A stretch of 64,000 nt of DNA from IMG/VR virus record IMGVR_UViG_3300028393_000022; one strand, given 5' to 3'. A program made the position numbers and the translations under genes. The notes below the pieces were generated by a model, which worked only from the letters and a program-made list of their open reading frames with translations, was not told where the DNA came from and searched no databases. This DNA comes from a virus. This document shows, piece after piece, positions 27,970-35,634 of the stretch. Numbering within the stretch: position 1 is the stretch's first letter; each line of letters begins with the position of its first letter.

Positions 27970-28342
27970 CAATGCCTTCACGATCAATATTAAAGCTCAA
28001 CTCTTGGAACCGCTTGTACATGCGATAGACATCACGTTTGGCTTCGATCAAAGCTTCACTGATGAGGTCCTCGGCAGTCCCGTCAGTAAGCACGTCTTTG
28101 GCATTCTCGTATAGGCATCCGCCGAGGTAGGAACTGCCCATCTCGTGTCCGTCGACCAGCACCCGTACACGTAGCATGAACCAATCGAGTTTGCAATCAT
28201 TGATGTCTTCACAGAGTTGTTTGATATCAGTGATCGAGTCGTCGAAACAGTCATGTGGACTGAGGTCTTCATAGGTCTTGTCTACAATAATAAAGAAACC
28301 ATCGCGTTCAAAGCTGGCGATCTCATCGTAATAGCGTGTCAT
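27962..28342 (-). CDS. Hypothetical early protein
   Basis: SYLGGCLY; SD AAGGA. Confidence 0.65.
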   Translation of the reverse strand: MTRYYDEIASFERDGFFIIVDKTYEDLSPHDCFDDSITDIKQLCEDINDCKLDWFMLRVRVLVDGHEMGSSYLGGCLYENAKDVLTDGTAEDLISEALIEAKRDVYRMYKRFQELSFNIDREGIDA

Positions 28343-28351
28343 ACTAGTTCC

Positions 28352-28498
28352 TTATCGTGTTGCGGGTTTAACAATGATGTCCGAAGGGTAGCCGTCATGT
28401 TCGATCAGGCCCTTGCGCACGTACCACAGCTCACAGTCTACGTCATAGAATACAGTGTCAATGACTCGACCGTTGCGTATAACATCCCATGCTTTCAT
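28352..28498 (-). CDS. 48-aa early protein (not in ORF track)
   Basis: MKAWDVIRNGRVIDTVFY...LIEHDGYP; SD AAGGAG. Confidence 0.6.
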   Translation of the reverse strand: MKAWDVIRNGRVIDTVFYDVDCELWYVRKGLIEHDGYPSDIIVKPATR

Positions 28499-28523
28499 AT
28501 CAGCTCCTTGTTGCGTATTAATA

Positions 28524-28703
28524 TTAAGGGCGGCTCATTGTGTCAACAAATTCGTCTTCCACCAGTGCGTGGCAAGCATTCATTGTCATCTGCATGATGA
28601 GATAGGCCTGTGCCTTTTCTTTGCCCGTCATCATCTCAATGTACTCTTGCAACTCTGCAAGCGTCTTAGTGGCAAACATGCCGGAGAATGGAATTGGATT
28701 CAT
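28524..28703 (-). CDS. Hypothetical early protein
   Basis: Promoter plus AAGGAG. Confidence 0.6.
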   Translation of the reverse strand: MNPIPFSGMFATKTLAELQEYIEMMTGKEKAQAYLIMQMTMNACHALVEDEFVDTMSRP

Positions 28704-28783
28704 AGTGTGCTCCTTAGTGTGTATAGAACAATTATAACATGGTTTTACCAACCTGTCAACCAAAGACCCTTGCGGGCCCTGGG

Positions 28784-29056
28784 TTATACGACTTCCAGCA
28801 TGTTAGCAGGCACTTTCCACAGACCACTTCCTGTGCGCACTGTGACGAATTTGATAGCGATCTTATCCACAGAACCCATATGGATCAATCCTGACTTTGA
28901 CGATGTGAACTTGACAGTTCCGCCTATGCGCAGGTTTCGCTTGTTCTGATCTGTAAGCCGTGCTCGGGCGAACTTGACTGCATCGATGATCGAAGTCAGT
29001 TGATCGTTAGTGAAGTTGCCTGCGAGGATCTCTGCGTTGACTGTTTGAATACTCAT
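28784..29056 (-). CDS. Early protein with C-terminal SH3-like beta domain
   Basis: LRIGGTVKF...GSVDKIAIKFVTV...WKVPANML. Confidence 0.6.
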   Translation of the reverse strand: MSIQTVNAEILAGNFTNDQLTSIIDAVKFARARLTDQNKRNLRIGGTVKFTSSKSGLIHMGSVDKIAIKFVTVRTGSGLWKVPANMLEVV

Positions 29057-29112
29057 ATCAGCTCCTAGTTAGTGTAGAACAATTATAACATGGTTTTACC
29101 ATGTTGTCAACC

Positions 29113-29391
29113 TCACATTGACCAAAACAATTCACTTGATGGATCACATGCACGTGGTGTATCATGTGGGATCTCCACCATCTCCCCGCTCATCAGGTTG
29201 CGTACCCGCTTGATGGTGGGCACGAACTCGAACCTTGCAACAGGTCCTGAGTAGGCATCGAGTGCGATCTCTCGCATCTCTCGCTCCGAGCGCTGTGACG
29301 TATGGTCACGCCATACACTGGTATGAACCAGCCGCTCGCCTGACCGGCAACGGCGATCCTGCTTGTAGACGTACAGGGTGTATTGTTGCAT
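29113..29391 (-). CDS. Conserved phage early protein
   Basis: YKQDRR, RNLMSG, TPRACDPSSELFWSM. Confidence 0.7.
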   Translation of the reverse strand: MQQYTLYVYKQDRRCRSGERLVHTSVWRDHTSQRSEREMREIALDAYSGPVARFEFVPTIKRVRNLMSGEMVEIPHDTPRACDPSSELFWSM

Positions 29392-29468
29392 GGTTGTTCC
29401 TTTTTGTGTTTGTGTTTTGTTCATGTGTGTATTATAACACGAATTCAATGACCTTGTCAACCGATGGG

Positions 29469-29963
29469 TTATTTGCGGGCTTTGTTCAAACGAGGCAGAT
29501 TGCCCGTTTGGCTAAAGATATAGTCCAGGTACCTCATCTCAAGATCTTTGTGGAAGCTGGTCATTGTGGAGTCTTCGCACCCAGCTACAGACACAGTCAA
29601 CGACACCATTTCGCAACGCCGGGCCCACAGTGTGACACGACCTTCGCGCACTTCTCTCCGCAGTTCATCGCGAATGAACCAGTCAGTGGCATCTCCTGCA
29701 CGATAGCGTCCAAAGCGTCCTTCAGTACCATACTTGGGCTGATTGCTGGTCTTCATGCGTACACCCAACGGATTGCCAGTCTCGCCCACTTTGACAATCT
29801 CGTCATCTACTACAACGAAGTAGACCCAACTGCGGTGATCACTGAACATCATGGCCTCGTTGATGTTCTCGTAGAACCAACGGTTCTCAGTATCCCTAGC
29901 CACATCACATACCTTGACAAACCCGTCTGCGGTATAAGTGTTGATGTTCAGTGATGCATTCAT
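29469..29963 (-). CDS. GIY-YIG-like protein
   Basis: WVYFVVV...VKVGET, R, LE, LPRLN. Confidence 0.55.
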   Translation of the reverse strand: MNASLNINTYTADGFVKVCDVARDTENRWFYENINEAMMFSDHRSWVYFVVVDDEIVKVGETGNPLGVRMKTSNQPKYGTEGRFGRYRAGDATDWFIRDELRREVREGRVTLWARRCEMVSLTVSVAGCEDSTMTSFHKDLEMRYLDYIFSQTGNLPRLNKARK

Positions 29964-30031
29964 AGTACGCTCCTTGTTAGTGTATGTGAGTATTATAACA
30001 TGGTTTTACCAGTTTGTCAACCAAAGCCCGT

Positions 30032-30370
30032 TCAATCTCCACGGACATCAGTATTCAGAACAGGCTTAACCATTCTACGGATCTCAACCTCACGACGATG
30101 AGCAGCCGCCTTGCCACGGATCACCTCGTGTACGTAGACCTCTATCTCGCTCTTGTCGTTCAGCTTACGCAACTCAGCACACAGAAGCCAGTTCTTGTCT
30201 TCAGTCTTGGCACGGTAGAAGTGCTTGGCAGCTCGAGCCAATACACTCTTGTTCACAGTGCTTTCAGTCTTGGCTGTGACACCTATGTAGTTGAGCCCAT
30301 TGACCACAAGCTCATAGATGATGTGGTTGCGGTCCGCTCTCTTTTTGCGTAGTGTGTTTGTCTGTGTCAT
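30032..30370 (-). CDS. Minimal GIY-YIG nuclease-like protein (apparently leaderless)
   Basis: IIYELVV...YIGVT, R, RE...PVLN; ATG 5 nt after TATAAT. Confidence 0.65.
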   Translation of the reverse strand: MTQTNTLRKKRADRNHIIYELVVNGLNYIGVTAKTESTVNKSVLARAAKHFYRAKTEDKNWLLCAELRKLNDKSEIEVYVHEVIRGKAAAHRREVEIRRMVKPVLNTDVRGD

Positions 30371-30420
30371 AGTGTATTATAACATGGTTTTACCAGTGTG
30401 TCAACCAAAGACCCTACACT

Positions 30421-30585
30421 TTACTCGGTCTCTGCGTAGCCGTCCTCTTGCCACTCGCTATGCTGTCCTACTACGCCCACACTATCTACCTCTGTAGCGT
30501 AGGCAATAGCGTCTGCTGCCTCAGCGGACTCTGCCTCTATTTGCAAGCTATAAACAACTGTTTGTGTGTAGTAAAATGTCTTCAT
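30421..30585 (-). CDS. 54-aa acidic early protein (not in ORF track)
   Basis: IEAESAEAADAIA; promoter plus AAGGAG. Confidence 0.6.
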   Translation of the reverse strand: MKTFYYTQTVVYSLQIEAESAEAADAIAYATEVDSVGVVGQHSEWQEDGYAETE

Positions 30586-30674
30586 CTAAGCTCCTTTTAG
30601 TGTAACTGTATTATACAACACTTTTGCCACTTTGTCAATACCCCTACACACAGGCCGTGTATAAAAAGCCACAC

Positions 30675-30703
30675 TTGACGGCACTGCAAAACGGTGTTAT
30701 AAT
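30675..30703 (+). promoter_or_regulatory. Divergent sigma70-type early promoter
   Basis: TTGACG-N17-TATAAT with TGn extension. Confidence 0.85.
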
Positions 30704-30728
30704 ACGCTTACACTAAAAAGGAAGCGTA

Positions 30729-30989
30729 ATGAGTAATATTAAAACTGCCAATATTGCAAAAGCAAAAGTAATTTATTATAAAGATAAAGAAACATATAAG
30801 ATTATATTTGCATTTAATGTACACATAAAAGAAAAAGATAATGGAGATATTGTACACGTATTTCCTACACAAGCAAAATGTGCTTATGTAAGTGGAGATA
30901 TTGCATATGAGACATTACAACAAGATAAACTACGCATTATAGCACAAGCTAAACAGGTAATGCGTACCGATTATGTAGAGTTTGTTTAA
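30729..30989 (+). CDS. Hypothetical early protein
   Basis: Promoter plus AAGGA. Confidence 0.65.
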   Translation: MSNIKTANIAKAKVIYYKDKETYKIIFAFNVHIKEKDNGDIVHVFPTQAKCAYVSGDIAYETLQQDKLRIIAQAKQVMRTDYVEFV

Positions 30990-31002
30990 AAAGGAAATTA
31001 AA

Positions 31003-31299
31003 ATGGCACGAGTAACTAAAACACATGCAGTAGCTATTAATAAGTTAATGCTCCCACTTGTTAATACTGTAGCGTTTTATGATGAGAATGAAACGGACTT
31101 TATTATGTTTAAAATGTGTGCAGATGACATTGCACATAATGTCGCAGCACTACAAGTGTTTAATAGCACACTAGATGCAGCAGTATTACACGAGAGCATT
31201 ATGCGACAGGATACTTGCCCCAGAGAGCACTTTTATACTGTGTTAAAGTATATAGAGGATAATCGGTTAATCCCCGCTAATATGTTTACTTGCAGTTAA
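31003..31299 (+). CDS. Hypothetical early protein
   Basis: SD AAGGA before ATG 31003. Confidence 0.65.
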   Translation: MARVTKTHAVAINKLMLPLVNTVAFYDENETDFIMFKMCADDIAHNVAALQVFNSTLDAAVLHESIMRQDTCPREHFYTVLKYIEDNRLIPANMFTCS

Positions 31300-31305
31300 A
31301 CACGA

Positions 31306-31520
31306 ACCTTTTACTACAGAGAAACCGACCGATAATATTATCCCATAATGCGCATAGAGGCCGCAAACGCATTATGCTTTAATAAAGTCGATTCTACGTA
31401 GTAAAAGGTCTAAAGATAATAGGGATAATGCCCAAAAACATTATCCCTATAATCAGTATCCAATATACGCAGGTGTCAGTATTGGATCCCGCTCCAATTA
31501 TTCCTATTATCTCTCGATAA
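31306..31520. repeat. Nested inverted repeats and GATAAT/ATTATC iterations
   Basis: ACCTTTTACTAC/GTAGTAAAAGGT; GATAATATTATC palindrome; CATAATGCG/CGCATTATG; TAGGGATAATG/CATTATCCCTA. Confidence 0.75.
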
Positions 31521-31709
31521 TGAGCCCTTACCACTATGAGTTAATGGTTTTGGATTCGGCCAGACTGCGGTTTGTCTATAACTTGCCTCACCTGCCTTCA
31601 GAGATCTCCCAGACTCATAGCTCCTGATCTCGTTGTACAGTATATATCTCTTAGCCTACGGTTTGTATAGTGTGTATAGTGTGTATATGTATAGTGTATA
31701 TATACACTA

Positions 31710-31787
<78 letters not shown>

Positions 31788-31992
31788 ACTATAGTGTATA
31801 CATAGTCTATATGTTATACAGTGTATGTACTTATTATAGCACGGATCTAGGGTTTGAGCAAGTGAGATCACCGTGGAAAAGGTTCAAAAACGGTGTCAAA
31901 ACGGTGGAAATATTGTGGATTTTCGGTGGATTCTGTGGCTTTTTGGCACGGTTTTACGGTGGATTCAGCGTGATTTTATAGTGTAGTATCGT

Positions 31993-32048
31993 GGGGTCAG
32001 GGTGGGGTGGAGGGGTAATGCTCAAATGGTTTTTCAAAAGGCCCCACC
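31993..32048 (+). other. Canonical G-quadruplex motif followed by complementary C-tract
   Basis: GGGG-TCA-GGG-T-GGGG-TGGA-GGGG, then CCCCACC at 32042. Confidence 0.6.
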
Positions 32049-32060
32049 ATTCTCTCACCA

Positions 32061-32193
32061 CTCTAGCGGGGTTTTCTTATATAGGGTACAGTAGTATATA
32101 CAATATACCAAGTAGGGCTCCAGCGGGGTTTTGTTGTATCGAGTGTACTACGCTGCACACCGATCATTGATCGTCTCTAGCGGGGTTTTCTTA
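32061..32193. repeat. Three 19-bp direct repeats with exact 57-bp period
   Basis: CTCTAGCGGGGTTTTCTTA at 32061 and 32175; CTCCAGCGGGGTTTTGTTG at 32118. Confidence 0.8.
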
Positions 32194-32741
32194 CGTATAT
32201 GAACTCTAACAGTGTGTGATCGTAAACTATTCTCACTTACAAATAGCCCACTACAGCTAACACACTTGTATTTCCTGGTGTCTTCTAGTAGGGTGCTTTC
32301 TGGATGATCTTTACGTATATGTTTACTCATATACTGAGGAGCATACTCTTTGGCACACAACACACATATACTCTTTGTATGCTTACGCCCTTTAAGACTA
32401 TTACTAATAGCAGAGAGTGTTTCTTCACTATGCTTTTTACCAGTCATACCATTGGCCTCTCCGTATAGTATAGGATTGACTCCGCCGTCTGTTTTGTTAT
32501 GTAGTATGCCCGTGCCTAGATCTTTACGTCCGTAATGTTTAATAAGCTCTGTTTCCAAATCCATAGCTTGTTCATTAGTAAGACTTTCTTGTAGTATTAT
32601 TATACGAGAGCGATCTGGAGGAAGTTGTATTCCTCGTTTGACATGTCCAGACTTATCCCAAGCTCGATAGCCTTTACCTTTGCCTATATAGTAGGGAGAT
32701 TGATCTTCACGCAGGTATGCGTATACGTAGTAAATAGTCAT
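32148..32741 (-). CDS. Free-standing GIY-YIG homing endonuclease with NUMOD3 and C-terminal C2H2-like fingers
   Basis: YVYAY...YYIGKG, R, ETELI, LHNKTDGG; GKKHSEET; CVLC..HIRKDH and CVSC..HTVRVH. Confidence 0.85.
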   Translation of the reverse strand: MTIYYVYAYLREDQSPYYIGKGKGYRAWDKSGHVKRGIQLPPDRSRIIILQESLTNEQAMDLETELIKHYGRKDLGTGILHNKTDGGVNPILYGEANGMTGKKHSEETLSAISNSLKGRKHTKSICVLCAKEYAPQYMSKHIRKDHPESTLLEDTRKYKCVSCSGLFVSENSLRSHTVRVHIRKKTPLETINDRCAA

Positions 32742-32815
32742 GCTGATAGTTCCTTTCAAATGTTGACTGTTAGAGTGGATGGATACTGGTAATATCGCGA
32801 TCCGCACCATTATTT
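32732..32815. ncRNA. Conserved two-hairpin element over the GIY-YIG RBS/start (copy 1)
   Basis: Shares AAATAGTCATGCTGAT, TCCTT, TTAGAGT, CGCGA, CACC and TTATTT with 53969-54046; stems covary. Confidence 0.65.
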
Positions 32816-32853
32816 GTTGATTTGCCCCATGTCTAATATGATATATACTATAT

Positions 32854-33627
32854 ATGAATCCTAATCTACTATTAACCGGCAATTATCAAAATCAACCTTT
32901 AGTGCAAAAGTTTATGGATACTGACACGAGAGAATTATACATAAAAAATTTCACATCACTCAGTGATTTCCGTGCGCAATGGAAAGCTCGTCCAATCACT
33001 TATACTACCAATAGTGATCATTATCGTTGTCCAGAGTGGGAGGATATAGTTTGGAATGACAGCATACTCATGCTGGGCTGTAGTGTTACATTTGGTGTGG
33101 GTCTTGATGACAGTGATACCATCAGTAGTCATCTAAGTTCTTATCTAGGGGGAATTCCTGTAGTAAATCTCGGACAGGGAGGTAGTTCTTGGACATTTCA
33201 GTGGATCAATACAGTTAGACTAGTTGCCGCTGGGATTCGTCCTCGTGCTGTTGTTTATATATGGCCCGACGTTTCTAGATACACTCGTATGCTGGATTCG
33301 AAACTTGCACGGCACACAGGTTCTTGGAGTGCTCAAGGTCTGGGACTGGAATACCTAAAGGACACTGATCATGCACAGGCCATCAGCGGAGAGATCTTGG
33401 CCTGTGTGCGAGCACTGTGGTCTTGCCCCCAACTGCACTATACCTGGAGTCCCCAGGTTGATCCAAACTGGAGCGTGCCTCGGCTGACTGCACCAATAGA
33501 CCGTGCTCGAGATCGTATGCACCCGGGACCTGAGACTGCTGGAATATGGGCCGGTAACATAGCTCGGGACCTGGGAGAGCTCAATAGCTCTTTTCTTCTT
33601 GGATCGTCGAACCAGTTAAGAGATTGA
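32854..33627 (+). CDS. SGNH-hydrolase-like protein
   Basis: GCSVTFG, NLGQGG, DRMHPG. Confidence 0.75.
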   Translation: MNPNLLLTGNYQNQPLVQKFMDTDTRELYIKNFTSLSDFRAQWKARPITYTTNSDHYRCPEWEDIVWNDSILMLGCSVTFGVGLDDSDTISSHLSSYLGGIPVVNLGQGGSSWTFQWINTVRLVAAGIRPRAVVYIWPDVSRYTRMLDSKLARHTGSWSAQGLGLEYLKDTDHAQAISGEILACVRALWSCPQLHYTWSPQVDPNWSVPRLTAPIDRARDRMHPGPETAGIWAGNIARDLGELNSSFLLGSSNQLRD

Positions 33628-33952
33628 TCTCTCGTTTGATTTCAGCACGGCGGTCGTTCTTTAGGTATACATTGCGAGCAGCTTCTATGAACAGGAAGTC
33701 AAATCGCCGATCCTGTTCACAGGCACGTTTGTAGTTCTCTATATCCCAAAGTTCATTATTGACTAGGTATAGCTGTTCTTCTTCTGCTTCTAGACTGGGC
33801 ACACCTGAACTTGTTCGTATTTCTTCAAGTAATTGCAGTTCCTGTTCTATGTTCTTTAGTTTAGCAGGGCTGAGGATTCGTTCTCGTTTGATCTTCAGTA
33901 TAGTGATCTTGTCAATCAGTTCACCTACTGATATTGGTGCAGATACTATCAT
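33581..33952 (-). CDS. DUF6165-like protein
   Basis: PISVGELIDKITILKIK, LWDIE, NDRRAEIKREIN, EEKSY. Confidence 0.8.
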   Translation of the reverse strand: MIVSAPISVGELIDKITILKIKRERILSPAKLKNIEQELQLLEEIRTSSGVPSLEAEEEQLYLVNNELWDIENYKRACEQDRRFDFLFIEAARNVYLKNDRRAEIKREINLLTGSTIQEEKSY

Positions 33953-33958
33953 TGTTTA

Positions 33959-34720
33959 TTATCCCGCGGAGAAGATACGGCTGCGAGGGTTTATCTGGCT
34001 GTTTTCCAACCATGTCCAAGCGCCCAGGAATGTGGGTGTCAATTGTATATGATGCTGTGGAATAAAGTAGCGTTCTGGTTTGGGGAAGTCCCAACCGTCT
34101 ACCAAATTGGCAAAAACACTGTCAGTCATGATCGCTGCATCACTGTGTTCGATCAGCTTTAGCCAATCAAATACAGTGCCCTCATTGGTGATGTCCACAC
34201 GGGCGTACTCAGCGGGTATCAGGGCCGGATCAATGCTCACGGTCTGTTGGCTTGACTCAAGGTGTGTGATCACATAGGGCTGACCATCTCGAGGTGCATA
34301 ACGATCGTAGAACTCCTGTTCTCTTTGGTGGTCTCGGGTGATACATTCAGCCAAGCGCAGCTTGTCTTTGAAGGGTACCCCTGCACGTATATACTTGTAT
34401 TGGTCAAAGCCCGTGTGTTGGAACCAGGGCTCGGCGCTGAACTCCGGGTGACCTGTCAAGGCTTGGTAAAGGCATATGATCTCATCGCACTTGAAGTTCT
34501 TGAGACGCTTCATAGGCTCGTCGTAGAAAAACGCTCCAGCATCGGGGGTCACTGGAATCCATTTGACCCAGGGCGCATGGCGGGTCAACTGCTCTAGCCA
34601 ATTGTCCTGTATGGGCCAGTGTACATGATAGCCCTGCTCATGATAGTGTAGGGCTATGGGCAAGGCGATCATGATGTCTCCCAGGCCTCGGGTCTGTATA
34701 ATACCTAATCGTTTGGTCAT
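33959..34720 (-). CDS. GT9 (heptosyltransferase)-like glycosyltransferase
   Basis: RGLGDIMIALP; MTDSVFANL. Confidence 0.7.
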   Translation of the reverse strand: MTKRLGIIQTRGLGDIMIALPIALHYHEQGYHVHWPIQDNWLEQLTRHAPWVKWIPVTPDAGAFFYDEPMKRLKNFKCDEIICLYQALTGHPEFSAEPWFQHTGFDQYKYIRAGVPFKDKLRLAECITRDHQREQEFYDRYAPRDGQPYVITHLESSQQTVSIDPALIPAEYARVDITNEGTVFDWLKLIEHSDAAIMTDSVFANLVDGWDFPKPERYFIPQHHIQLTPTFLGAWTWLENSQINPRSRIFSAG

Positions 34721-34796
34721 AGTTTGTATGTTTCCTATTATGTATGTATTTAATTATAGCATCAACTGACCCATAAAAAAAGCTAAATACTCAATT

Positions 34797-35630
34797 ATGA
34801 CAGCCACCACAGGATCCACCCTACTTGTTTCGGACTACAACAGTATTCAAACCACCGTATCTAACATACTGGGATTAAATCCTCAAGGTTATGGACTACC
34901 CTATGTGGCCAGTCGCCCTGTGTCTAGATCGGACAAGGTTCGAGCTTCAGATTGGAAGAATCTCCAATCTGATCTCAACATGATAAACAAGCATGTGACC
35001 GGCAGCTACACGCAGCTCACTACCGGTACTCGAAGCCAGCCAATCACTTCGGATATCCCAGCTTCTTACACAGACTTATCTAACTTTCTACTGGACTCCG
35101 GCAATGGTGATGCATCTAGGAGATTTACCTGTGCTGAAAGTGAATATTATGTGGACCCTGTGACGTCCAACACCATTAACTATACTGGGGGTGTCAGTAC
35201 ACGAACTACAGTGTGGGGCATACAGGAATCATACATAACACACGTGGTTCGTGTTGGGTTTCCCACAGCAGATACCATGGTCTACTTCTTTAACCTGGGC
35301 AGTTATATTACCTTTTTGCCATTTCGTGTGGGTGCAGGGCTGAACAGTGCGGACTATGAATGGTTTACTTTTATCAATTGGCTACGTTCCGGAGATCCGG
35401 CTGTGCCTGTGCTGCACTATGATAGAAGCCACAGTATAGTGCATAATCCAGGCAGTACGATCAACAACATATACAATGCCACTACTTCTACCTCGGGTAT
35501 CAGTATTGATGTATCAGTGACCAAAAGTCTAAATGGAAAATACCTAGACTTTACAGTTGCCTATCGAAATAACGATATTGCAGCCATTGTAATTGACCCC
35601 TCAACAAGAATTTGGACAACCTTGGTATAA
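34797..35630 (+). CDS. Probable virion structural protein
   Basis: TAAATA upstream; Thr/Ser-rich; DYNSIQ...GYG...FFNLG. Confidence 0.55.
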   Translation: MTATTGSTLLVSDYNSIQTTVSNILGLNPQGYGLPYVASRPVSRSDKVRASDWKNLQSDLNMINKHVTGSYTQLTTGTRSQPITSDIPASYTDLSNFLLDSGNGDASRRFTCAESEYYVDPVTSNTINYTGGVSTRTTVWGIQESYITHVVRVGFPTADTMVYFFNLGSYITFLPFRVGAGLNSADYEWFTFINWLRSGDPAVPVLHYDRSHSIVHNPGSTINNIYNATTSTSGISIDVSVTKSLNGKYLDFTVAYRNNDIAAIVIDPSTRIWTTLV

Positions 35631-35634
35631 TATA

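Larger units (their letters stand above)
19992..30638 (-). promoter_or_regulatory. Array of 22 sigma70-consensus early promoters (TTGACA-N17-TATAAT)
   Basis: + strand ATTATA...TGTCAA with -10 at 19992, 20418, 20820, 21274, 22055, 22448, 22590 (TTGACC), 23229, 23482, 24510, 25248, 25573, 26036, 26328, 27472, 27714, 28731, 29082, 29431 (N18), 29992, 30376, 30610; most are followed by an AGGA(GC) RBS and a small ORF. Confidence 0.93.

Noticed and set aside
18402-30352. Many + strand ORFs of 60-240 aa in the early island (e.g. 23638-24132, 26428-26997, 29235-29954)
   Set aside because: Antisense shadows of minus-strand genes that have promoters and RBSs; no motifs or RBS of their own
19992-30638. 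Dispersed ~40-bp repeats as a CRISPR array or integron attC sites
   Set aside because: The repeats are sigma70 promoters separated by whole genes at irregular spacing; no cas gene, integrase or attC-type dyad in the window
32061-32193. Calling the 57-bp-period repeats a CRISPR array
   Set aside because: Only three 19-bp copies, no internal hairpin, one copy is coding, no cas genes; kept as an unexplained repeat
32742-32810. Hammerhead ribozyme, suggested by CTGAT
   Set aside because: No CUGAnGA core with GAAA and three-stem junction; CTGAT is paired in a stem
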